Origin: Candidatus Moraniibacteriota bacterium
GTDB lineage: Bacteria; Patescibacteriota; Minisyncoccia; Moranbacterales; UBA1568
Assembly (NCBI GenBank): GCA_037201605.1
Contig: JBBCGM010000001.1
Coordinates: 67,310-131,309, forward strand
Reading direction: 5' to 3'
Length of the DNA stretch: 64,000 bases
A program made the translations under genes and the position numbers. The notes beneath the pieces were generated by a model. It ran no database searches. It saw only the letters and a program-made list of their open reading frames with translations, and was not told the origin of the DNA. Positions 21,280 to 29,809 of this stretch are shown here, piece after piece. Numbering within the stretch: position 1 is the first letter of the stretch; each line of letters begins with the position of its first letter.

Positions 21280-23239
21280 GCGTAATTGGCTTCTGTAGCC
21301 TTCTGGATTCTTTCCTCATCCTCCTCATCCGGAGGAAAGGCGATTTGGTCTTGGTAAGCGGTAGCGTCAGATATGTCGTCGTGAATGGAGTTCGGGAAGC
21401 GAAGCAATTCGTCTTCTAGCTCCTCGCACTCGTATTCAACGTGATAAATGCTGCCGGATTCGTAGCGCGGTTGGAGGGCGCCGCGTATCCTTGCCTCTTT
21501 CATCGTTTGCTTGTGGTCAAGCTCAACAATAGGGAGGAAGACTTTGCGTCGGCGCATTTCATCGTCTAAGAACTGCTTGAGCACCTGAAGATACATGGTC
21601 TTCTCGATGCCAATGGCAACGTAATGACGCTTCTCGTGGAGTATGAAAATGATGGTCTCAATCAGCTCTTTAGGGAGCAGTTTCTTGCCCCAAGCCTTGA
21701 GATTCCAGAAGTTCTCTGTATCGACGCTGTTGTCGCAGAAACCAGTGTTATCCGCGTTTTCCCGCTGCGAGATAGCCGTGTCGATGGTGAGAAAGTTATT
21801 GGTTCTCAGACCGTCGACTTCACGTTGAGTGCGATATTTGAATATCCTCTTGGGAAATTCCTGGGTCGCTTCGTCAATCGGCTGGTTAAGCATCTCGGCT
21901 GAGTAAGTCGTAGAGCCAAGCCGGCGTTTCTTCGTCTCAAGAGATACCTTGTTCGTATCTTTCGCTTCTTGGTCGGTCATAACGTACTTAGCAGGCCATG
22001 TAGGCTTCCCCTTCCTCTCAGCTCCCATCATGCGGACACGTAAGTTCGGATCTGTTTTGGAGCGGTCAATGAGCGCCTGCACGGATCCCATTTCCGTAAT
22101 GTAGTTTCCGAGATAGATCGTAAGGGCGTCAGGAGCGAGGCCTGAGGCGAATTCGTCTATATGGCTGATCACCTGCTGGGTGTAAGCCTTCGATACCTTG
22201 GTCTTATTTGTCTCGAAATCATCTAGAGAAGGAAGTCCGGACGCTGATCCTGAAAGATACGTCCTCGAACCGATTCCTGAGTGGAATGGGCTTCAACCAT
22301 GATTCCGTTCGACGTAAGGAACTTAGAAATACGCTTCATCGCCATTTCGTCCTGCTCACGCTTCTTTGAGAACAGTTGCCCGAAGTCTTTGATGAGCTTC
22401 TTGTTCTGCATGAGGGCAGACGAGACATCGAAGAGCATTGCCTCAGCGTTTGCTTTGTCGAATGAGTCGACATTGAGATAGCGGCGAAGTCCGTAACAGA
22501 TCGTATGTGTCAGCCCAGCTATTTTAGCGATCGACGTCTTTGCTGATTCGCGGAAAATAAACCAGCCGAGTTCGCGTATCCTGAGGGCGAATAAGTCCTC
22601 TAGGTCGTCGAACATCTCAAAATGAAAAGGTGCAAACTGATACTTGATGTATTTCGGAAAGTACCAAGCCGTAAACAAGAGACGATTATTCCGGCACGCT
22701 TCCTTCCTGCTTCCGGAGACATCTTCTCCAGCAGGCTCAGCGCTTTCAGTAGTCGTTCGTTGTCCATTGTTCAAAATGTCCTTCAGGGCATCCAAATTCT
22801 CTCGATCTTCCTTTGACAATCCTTTCTCGAGTGGTGTTCCGTTCGGGCCAGATACCTCTTGGCGTTCGCTGTAACCCTGGTCTTTTCCTTGGGTCTTTGC
22901 GATAAACTTTGCCGTGTCTTGCTTGATGCGAATGAGAGCGGGGTCAGTCCTCACAATCTCTACATCGTCGTCGAGCTTGAGGATATCGATAGGCATATCT
23001 AGAGTCTCTTCAAGAGCCTGTTCTGCCTTTTCGAGGAGTCTCTTTCTCCTTCCGATAGACTCCGATAGCCATTCGGGGGCGAGATGAGTAATGTTTTCGG
23101 CGTATTCTTGGCTGTAACCAGCCCTTAAAGCGCTTTGGAGAGCATTGCCGAATGTGTCCGATTTTGGATCATTGTAATAGCGAAGAAACTCTATCTGCCG
23201 AGGTGTCAGTTCATCGTTACTTTTTCCTGCTTCTGACAT
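21276..23239 (-). CDS. terminase: TerS-like HTH domain fused to TerL ATPase and nuclease (frame break at about 22223-22300)
   Basis: N-terminus TPRQIEFLRYYNDPKSDTFGNALQSALRAGYS resembles terminase small subunit. RESAKTS is a Walker-A-like motif. C-terminal ORF carries the FPNSIHDDISDATAY nuclease motif. The lower frame is open from the TGA at about 22300 down to 21276. Confidence 0.65.
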
Positions 23240-23609
23240 GTTTCTTGCTTTCCTTTTCCTCTGTCTGTTTTTTCTTCAAAAATTCCTTGACCTCTTTCTT
23301 GGTTCGCTTCTTGTGTTCGCTGATTTCCTTGCGGTCAAGCTCTTTGTATTTCTTGGCGAGGAGCTTATAGACAACAGCTTTTTCGAGACTCTCCACATTG
23401 AGAGAGATCTCATTGGCATCGAACTGTATCTTTTCGATTACGATGCTCTTGTTCTTGACGACAGCAAGCAGGAAGTGGAAGCCCATATCCTGAGGCATGC
23501 GGTCATTGAACATCCGATGGAAATCTTCCACGGATTTCTTCACTCGCTTGAGTCCTTTAAGAACTTCTGCCTCTGTCGCTTGTTTCATATTTCTTTCCTC
23601 TGGAGACAC
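23217..23609 (-). CDS. small protein with very basic Lys-rich tail
   Basis: 130 aa; C-terminal KKRTKKEVKEFLKKKQTEEKESKKHVRSRKK. Confidence 0.35.
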   Translation of the reverse strand: MSPEERNMKQATEAEVLKGLKRVKKSVEDFHRMFNDRMPQDMGFHFLLAVVKNKSIVIEKIQFDANEISLNVESLEKAVVYKLLAKKYKELDRKEISEHKKRTKKEVKEFLKKKQTEEKESKKHVRSRKK

Positions 23610-24054
23610 ACAATTATTCGGCCGGGGTTATCAATGCGACCAATTGGACTGAGGCTTGTGTCTCCTTTGTCAACGCGTAAAGCGTGCAACAGATATTTGC
23701 CTCCAGAGAAATAAAAAAACGGCCCAGAAACTAGCCGTGTGGCATCGTTCCTAGTCCGTTACAGTTTGGACAGCTGGGTGTATTGCAACCTCTTTTTACT
23801 TTCTACACTCCATTATAGCATACCAAAGGCCATTCTGTCAAGCGCTTACACTAAAAAATCGGCTTGCGCTTTGTCTTATGCTTCACTTCAATCGGCTTCA
23901 TCTCGAGTCTCCCCTCGAATACGAGCGTCAATATCACCTGATCGTACCCCTCTCCCCACAATTCCTGGTCAAGTGCGTCATGTATCTCCTGAAGAATCTT
24001 ATCCTTCATCCGTTCATCCCGTTCCATGTTTCTTTTTGTTAAGGCTAGTACCTC

Positions 24055-24231
24055 TTATTTTTGCCGATAAATACTGAATGTCCGTAACTCGCCTACATGC
24101 ACCTTCCCCCGTTTTTCGAAGTAGACCCAATGATTTTCGTTCTTTATGAATTTATCTACGAAGATCGTTCCATCCCTGAGCCTTACATAGATCCTCTTCC
24201 CTCGAGGGGCCGAAGAGTGAGGAGTTCTCAT
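24055..24231 (-). CDS. unannotated 58-aa basic protein; ATG overlaps the stop of the HicB-like gene (ATGA)
   Basis: manual translation MRTPHSSAPRGKRIYVRLRDGTIFVDKFIKNENHWVYFEKRGKVHVGELRTFSIYRQK; below the 60-aa cutoff of the ORF track. Confidence 0.4.
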   Translation of the reverse strand: MRTPHSSAPRGKRIYVRLRDGTIFVDKFIKNENHWVYFEKRGKVHVGELRTFSIYRQK

Positions 24232-24455
24232 AATTTTGTAGGGTACCTTCTGAGTCTATGCAGGAGACGATTCCACCAGTGACAAGGGACTTCATTCATG
24301 GTGAGGATGGCATCAGCCACCATATCCCATATTTCTTCCTCATTGCGGCCTTGGGTAAAGCAGTGGTTTCTCCCTGCAAATATCTCTGCAAGCCACCAGC
24401 CGTCCTCAGTCTCCCAAACATCTATCTGATACCTAAATTTATTCAGAGGATCCAT
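24228..24455 (-). CDS. HicB-like (UPF0150-type) antitoxin domain protein
   Basis: DGWWLAEIFAGRNHCFTQGRNEEEIWDMVADAI matches the HicB N-domain pattern (GGY-A-VPELPGC-TQG-T-EEA-----EAI). Confidence 0.5.
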   Translation of the reverse strand: MDPLNKFRYQIDVWETEDGWWLAEIFAGRNHCFTQGRNEEEIWDMVADAILTMNEVPCHWWNRLLHRLRRYPTKL

Positions 24456-24457
24456 AT

Positions 24458-25300
24458 TTAAAAATTACCGTAATTACATTGGAAGCATTGCAAACCAAGG
24501 TCCCGCCATAGCTTGACCACCTGGTCTCGATCGTCGAATACGCAGTCCACATGATATTTTCCCCTGACATACTGATCGAACAATTCATTTTTCACGATGT
24601 AGTCCTTTCGCATATCTCCCTCTTGACGCATATACAAGTGTGTTGATTCAAAGAGTTTCAAATCAGGGAAATGTTCCGTAATCCATGTAGCCGTTTGATT
24701 GGCGCACACACTGTCTCGGCCGCTAAGAAAGATAAGGTGCTTACCCCTAGCGACTGTCGTAACGACATCAATAACCTTTTTAATCGGCTCATCCCCTCCA
24801 ACCTTTGCCCAGTCATAGGGACTCCGGTGTCTCCCTTCAGATATTGTCCCGTCAATATCACAAATCACCGCCCTAGGGAGATGCTCAGGATTATCATACT
24901 TCTGCGGAACAGAATACTGATTTGCCATACCACGAATCACTGCCTCGCCTACAGGATTAAGTCGCTTAGCGTCCCTTTCGATGCATTCCTCAATCGAGGT
25001 ATCGAATTCTTTTACTTCAACGAGAGACCCGTTCGCCTTAGCTATTTCCCGAAGGGTCTTCTCGTGCACGGGATTGAAGTTGGTGTCGTCGCAGATGATA
25101 TTCACTCTCTCCTGGAGAGCTAGACGAACAATGAAATCTCGTACCTTGAGAAGAAATTTCTCATTGGACTTTGTATGAACGCTGTTATCCAACATGGCCC
25201 GTAAGTCGTCCTTGTTGACCCTTTTGTATCCTTTCTGCTCCCTGGCCCAGGTTGTTTTGCCTGATCCCGGCAGTCCCTTGAGAATAATTAGCTTTGCCAT
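24458..25300 (-). CDS. pseT: polynucleotide kinase/3'-phosphatase, T4 PseT-like
   Basis: N-terminal P-loop ILKGLPGSGKTTWARE; C-terminal HAD motifs VICDIDGT ... LSGR ... FDDRDQVV; looks collinear with T4 Pnk along its length. Confidence 0.85.
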   Translation of the reverse strand: MAKLIILKGLPGSGKTTWAREQKGYKRVNKDDLRAMLDNSVHTKSNEKFLLKVRDFIVRLALQERVNIICDDTNFNPVHEKTLREIAKANGSLVEVKEFDTSIEECIERDAKRLNPVGEAVIRGMANQYSVPQKYDNPEHLPRAVICDIDGTISEGRHRSPYDWAKVGGDEPIKKVIDVVTTVARGKHLIFLSGRDSVCANQTATWITEHFPDLKLFESTHLYMRQEGDMRKDYIVKNELFDQYVRGKYHVDCVFDDRDQVVKLWRDLGLQCFQCNYGNF

Positions 25301-25301
25301 A

Positions 25302-25925
25302 TTAGTATTTGAGTAAGAGTAATCCGTCCTTCTCCATAGGTATTTGCTCGGTCATGGTGGTGTAATTAAACGGCTTAGTGATGATGTGCCAGCCGTTCTT
25401 TGTGGGGTATTGTTTAACGATCTGATCCGATACGCCGCTCTCTTCGAATATTGCAAGAGCTCTATCGAGAGTCAGCGGATTATCCACGTCGAATTTGAAG
25501 AATGTTTCTCCACGACTAGACGGCCGCATCATTGCCGAACTCATGCGACTCTTAATACCGAGGAAGAAATAGAGCCATGACTCGTAGTCAGCATCGTCGT
25601 TATCGAGGAGATCGTGCTTGAATTGCCTAACAGCCTTTTTCATGTCCCGGCAGTTGACCGTACTGTAAATCCGGAGTCCCTCAATGGAAGACCGGGACCG
25701 ATCCTCAAGAAGGCAACCAAGCGCTTCTTCGAATTCTTTCTTTCCATTGGTGAAGAACATCCGTAAGTGTCGTGAAGCATGACTCGCCCCGTCTTTGGAG
25801 CGATGGATAAGCATAATCACGCGAACGCCTTCCACGAACTCTGGAAAGTATTCCACGATACATTTTGCTTCATTCTGAGCATCGACTGTGTAGGCGATCG
25901 GTTTCTTTTCTCTGGTGTGTCCCAT
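25302..25925 (-). CDS. hypothetical protein inside the RNA-repair cassette
   Basis: 207 aa, no motif recognised with confidence (weak 2H-phosphoesterase-like HRS and HIIT elements); stop is 1 nt from the pnkp start. Confidence 0.4.
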   Translation of the reverse strand: MGHTREKKPIAYTVDAQNEAKCIVEYFPEFVEGVRVIMLIHRSKDGASHASRHLRMFFTNGKKEFEEALGCLLEDRSRSSIEGLRIYSTVNCRDMKKAVRQFKHDLLDNDDADYESWLYFFLGIKSRMSSAMMRPSSRGETFFKFDVDNPLTLDRALAIFEESGVSDQIVKQYPTKNGWHIITKPFNYTTMTEQIPMEKDGLLLLKY

Positions 25926-25926
25926 A

Positions 25927-26166
25927 TCAGTTGGCGCTTTCTAGGTCTTCAGTTCCTGCGTCCAGGAGCTTTGTCTCCCGTTCGAGGAAGCGGAAACTTT
26001 TGAGCTTGTAGGACTCGAAGGCAAACAATGTTTCTTTGCGAAGCACAATACCCTCCTCAGGCACTTGCGCGGCGCACATGAAGCAGTCCTTTTCGGTGTA
26101 TTTCTTCTCTAATTTCTTTATAAATTCCTCATGCCAGTGATTTTCGGGATCAATCTCAGGGAACAA
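25927..26166 (-). CDS. small ORF overlapping the RNA ligase 3' end (possible frame-shifted C-terminal extension of the ligase)
   Basis: 49-nt overlap with 26118..27209 in a different frame. Confidence 0.3.
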   Translation of the reverse strand: MFPEIDPENHWHEEFIKKLEKKYTEKDCFMCAAQVPEEGIVLRKETLFAFESYKLKSFRFLERETKLLDAGTEDLESAN

Positions 26167-27209
26167 ATCCTTGGCTTTCCAGAAAAGAAAAGATGGACGT
26201 ACTCTAAACCGAAGCGCTCGCAGAATTCCTTGATCTGGTGAGAGGAGAGATCTAGTACATTGCCGTCTGCATTCGTGACAGTGATCCTGTAGACCTGGAT
26301 GCGCTTAGTTCCTTGAGTACAGCCGTAGTCGTAGCCAACCTGAATAGGAGCGCCGTCCTTGGTATATCCGAGAATCTCGCCGTATATGGTATAGCCCTTC
26401 GGGAGAAATTCGCGGAGTTCGTTTTTGGCCTCTTCCCAAAGATCGTAATTGTAGAAATGCGCTTTTTGAGCAGTTTCGAATTCATTCTTGACAACGCGGC
26501 GGGAACCATAAACATAGTCGTACTCGGTTTCCTGGATAGGCAAGAGCTTCCTAAGAAATTTCAGGAAGATATTCAGCTTCTTCTTTACCAATACATGCGC
26601 CACCCAAAAGGACGTACCGTGCGTTTTGTAACTAATAGAAATATGGTCTTCCGGCTTGATCAGAAAAGCGTTCCTGCGAAGTTGCTCAGTATCGACATGA
26701 AGGCGCACCTGGCCCTCAACAAGGCGAGAAATACGGGGCTTCTGGCCCATACGCAGTGCTCGTGGCTCACGAGCCTGAATCACGTATTTTTTGCAGAGCA
26801 ATATCTTTCCGACAGTGTCGAATTCACACCCGACATAGTCTATGAGACTCTCACCAACAAACGCCTCTACAGTACTGAGGGGAGCAAGATATCCCATTGA
26901 TTTTTGTCCGCGAAGCTTTACGGCCCGGACGCGACCGTTCTTGTCAAAATACCCTTTTACCGTTGTGTCTTTGTTGAGAAGCTGAGAACTGAAAGAGTCG
27001 GTCTCCTTTAGGAATTCGTAATTGATCTGGCACTCCAGAGGAAAGAAAACATAGAGATCTCCAATCTTGGCATCCTGGCCGGTAATAACGTCCTGGAAAT
27101 CCACAGTCGCTACCTGAAGACGATCTGCGTTATCGTGCTTGCGAAGAGCTTTAAGCTCTACAATTTTTGCTAAGTAATTGGGATTCGCGTCTTGAGAAGT
27201 AGAGATCAT
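26118..27209 (-). CDS. ATP-dependent RNA ligase (Rnl2/DraRnl-like) with N-terminal extension
   Basis: motif I YKTHGTSF (compare T4 Rnl2 KIHGTN) at about residue 195; same operon as Pnkp. Confidence 0.6.
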   Translation of the reverse strand: MISTSQDANPNYLAKIVELKALRKHDNADRLQVATVDFQDVITGQDAKIGDLYVFFPLECQINYEFLKETDSFSSQLLNKDTTVKGYFDKNGRVRAVKLRGQKSMGYLAPLSTVEAFVGESLIDYVGCEFDTVGKILLCKKYVIQAREPRALRMGQKPRISRLVEGQVRLHVDTEQLRRNAFLIKPEDHISISYKTHGTSFWVAHVLVKKKLNIFLKFLRKLLPIQETEYDYVYGSRRVVKNEFETAQKAHFYNYDLWEEAKNELREFLPKGYTIYGEILGYTKDGAPIQVGYDYGCTQGTKRIQVYRITVTNADGNVLDLSSHQIKEFCERFGLEYVHLFFSGKPRICSLRLIPKITGMRNL

Positions 27210-27321
27210 AAAGAGCTTTTATTATTGAGGGGTGAGATTAAAAAGTCTCTTAGTAGCTTTGATTATTTCGTAGCACTCTTGAGGCGTTTTCGTTTCTCCA
27301 ACGTGGATCTGACGACCGAAA

Positions 27322-27597
27322 TCATGGGCAAGGGTTCGATAGACTTTTTTCCGACTTCCGACTGTATTTTCCGCTTTTCCAAAGAGGATCTATCACGCCA
27401 TGTGCCTCTTTTCTTGCTTTCCGTAAATCTGCTTTCGCAAGAAACTGACCCTTGGGCTTCTTTGTATTTTGGTGACATCCAATATATGCATCGCAAGGGC
27501 GACAAAGCCAGATCATGTAAGAAGTTCCGTAGTTTCTGCCATAGACTTCCTTATTCTCTACCCATTCAGCTTGTTGTCCGCAATGATTGCACTGCAC
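27322..27597 (-). CDS. DUF3268-like zinc-finger phage protein (frame break in C-terminal part)
   Basis: CNHCGQQAEW...WLCRPCDAYIGCHQNTKKPKGQFLAKADLRKARKEAHGVIDPLWKSGKYSRK matches the DUF3268 pattern; overlapping ORF 27263..27505 in another frame. Confidence 0.5.
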   Translation of the reverse strand: MQCNHCGQQAEWVENKEVYGRNYGTSYMIWLCRPCDAYIGCHQNTKKPKGQFLAKADLRKARKEAHGVIDPLWKSGKYSRKSEKSLSNPCP

Positions 27598-27611
27598 ACT
27601 CTTTCTGTTCT

Positions 27612-27884
27612 TTATGGTTTATTATGTTCGATTGCTTTTTCTATATATTCCAAAAGGGATTCAGTGGTAATTGTTGGCTCATAGATTTGCCGCATGATGT
27701 GTTCGTTGAGAAGTTTCAACTCGAATATCCTTCCAGCCGCGTAGGCTTCTTTCAGTTTCACCTCTAGGAAATGCACCGCTTCCTCATAGGGAACATAAAG
27801 CATGGTTGAGCCTTCGTACCCCGTGGGCGTTCCCACGATAGGCTTGAATATCTCTCTAAATTCTTTCAATATTTGAGGGATCAT
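27612..27884 (-). CDS. hypothetical protein; ATG overlaps the HAD gene stop (ATGA)
   Basis: 90-aa ORF. Confidence 0.4.
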   Translation of the reverse strand: MIPQILKEFREIFKPIVGTPTGYEGSTMLYVPYEEAVHFLEVKLKEAYAAGRIFELKLLNEHIMRQIYEPTITTESLLEYIEKAIEHNKP

Positions 27885-28333
27885 AAATCTTCAATATGTA
27901 AAGCTTTGTCGTCTAAATAGAGATCGGCACCAGGTTTCATAGTCATACAGATTCCATGGAACGGATGTGATGCTTAATAAGCCAAGCGTGTGTAGCTGCG
28001 TACATTCTCGGTTGCCTAGCCGTTGTAGAGAACAATGTGAGCGCCATTTTGATAGAGGTCCGTAATCATTTTCACTATCGACTCATTCGGAATTGGTTCA
28101 GAGTCTTCCGGGCGACCCCAATATTCACCCAGACAGAGAGTGCCATCCATATCAACAGCTACTAATTGGTCGTTAGGATTCTTAAGAATTTTTTTGAGAT
28201 ATGATTTTTTCATTTTCTTCATTTCATTGGTTAGTATTTGTCGTTGAGGATGTCTTGCATGAACGGCCCGACTATGAGAAAAAATGCTCCCAGAGAAATT
28301 AGAGTTACTGCAAATGGTTTTATCCCAAAGCAT
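27881..28333 (-). CDS. HAD-family phosphatase (frame break near 28016)
   Basis: motif I VAVDMDGTL in 28016..28333. Manual translation of 27881..28015 continues with KPGADLYLDDKALHIEDL (HAD motif IV-like) in another frame. Confidence 0.45.
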
Positions 28334-29249
28334 CCTGCTCCAATGAGGATTGCCGATACCGAGGCCAAGAGAACGTAGTGTATCCTTTCATACTTTTTCT
28401 ATTTTCAAGACGGGATTGGTTATTTCGGATACTCGTCACTCTCTATCATTCCAACGAAAGGAGCTTCACGATATGGAGGTAGTCGATAATCAAATCGGTC
28501 GTTCCCTGGTTGCACTTTGGGTTTTTCTCCCGCCATTTTTCTAGGTGCTCTATCTGCGCCATCATTGCTCGGGTAGTGTCGTTTATGCTGAATGATATCT
28601 CTTCGTTCATAGATTTATTTCATTAACCTTGACCGCCAGTTCTTGGCGTAATCATCTGGGTCGGCAGGTCTCTATCTCCTCTGCCTTGTCCCGAAGCCAT
28701 TTAGCCATTCTCTTAACTTCCTTCTTCCCCTTTGGGAACTCTTTTACCGTCAGGACTGCGAGTTCTTCTTCCATAAAATTATTGCTTACTGTTTAATTCA
28801 AGACGGGAGAGGATTTCTTGGCGAGCCTCATTAAAGCCTTCCTTGAAATGATAGGTGGTGTCCTCAATGGTTTCGGTAAGATGAATTTCTTTCTCCTCAG
28901 GAACCAAGCTCTCTCCAAAGGCAAGGAGGAGGAGCGGAGGAAGGCTCTGATTTCCTCGTTGTAATCTCTTGCCATTTTCCCAGCGTCTCTCTCTATTTCA
29001 AAATCAGACTTACCAAGTGTCTCTCACTCATTCTTTTCTGAAAGGTATCAAACTCTTCCAAGATTTTCTCGATCATAGGGTTATGCATTCTTGCCACCAG
29101 GTTACTCCGCTGTAAAACTCCACTCCCAGCCGTGTTGTCCGCATTCCTTCCAGCCTCGGGGAGCATTCTCATAGGCATTCAATCCTGCAGTCAAATACAT
29201 CAGAAATACTGCCACAAGGAACCCAATAAGATATTTCATAAGCTTTTGG

Positions 29250-29432
29250 TTATCTATGGCTGTATCCACATCCATCGCACACTTGAGCTTGATATCCGTA
29301 ATAACCGTATTCTCGTAGAGAATAAGTCCGGCATCGGCATTTCGGACACTCGAATCGCTGAGCCCAAAAGATAACAATTGCAACGCTAAGGAAAAATAGA
29401 GCGACAAATAATAGGATTAAGAAATCGATCAT
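29250..29432 (-). CDS. small membrane protein with C-terminal CxxC...CxxC zinc ribbon
   Basis: TM helix plus CPKCRC...CDGCG; alternative overlapping 101-aa ORF 29102..29407. Confidence 0.3.
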   Translation of the reverse strand: MIDFLILLFVALFFLSVAIVIFWAQRFECPKCRCRTYSLREYGYYGYQAQVCDGCGYSHR

Positions 29433-29809
29433 ATTAATGCTTCATCAACAACTACATTCTTAGGAAACTTCGGAAGGATTGATTTTATTTCTTCAACCGA
29501 GAAGCCGGCAATTCCCGTTCCGATCGGCGTGAGATAGAATTTCTTCTTTGGGTAATATTCGGCATGCATCGCGAAGTGAAGGAGGAAAAGCTTGATAGTA
29601 TCCAGAGGTAATTTCTGGAATTTTTCATCAAGCGTAGGAATCGCATAGCTCTTTCCGCTCGGGCCATTCGCCTTTCCTTGGACAGCTCCAAACTTTTTCA
29701 GAGCCGTCCTTGCTGCTCCGCCAGCATGATCGCCAGCAAGATTTGACCCAAAGACGAAGACCTCGTTTCGGCCTATTCAGTAATGAATCCGTTTTCGTCT
29801 CGTGTCATA

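Noticed and set aside
17835-23239. Programmed ribosomal frameshifts or pseudogenes at the terminase, portal and 17835..18336 overlaps
   Set aside because: Identical overlapping-frame breaks occur in host housekeeping genes (rny, pilB, clpB-like, gpmI), so indel error is the simpler explanation. A genuine programmed frameshift cannot be separated from this background.
23610-24054. Hairpins (ggagacacaca...tgtgtctcc; T7-tailed stem near 23705..23740) as a defined late-operon promoter or terminator
   Set aside because: The stems are weak and no -35/-10 or late-promoter consensus could be recognised. Noted only as the probable regulatory gap between the accessory operon and the packaging genes.
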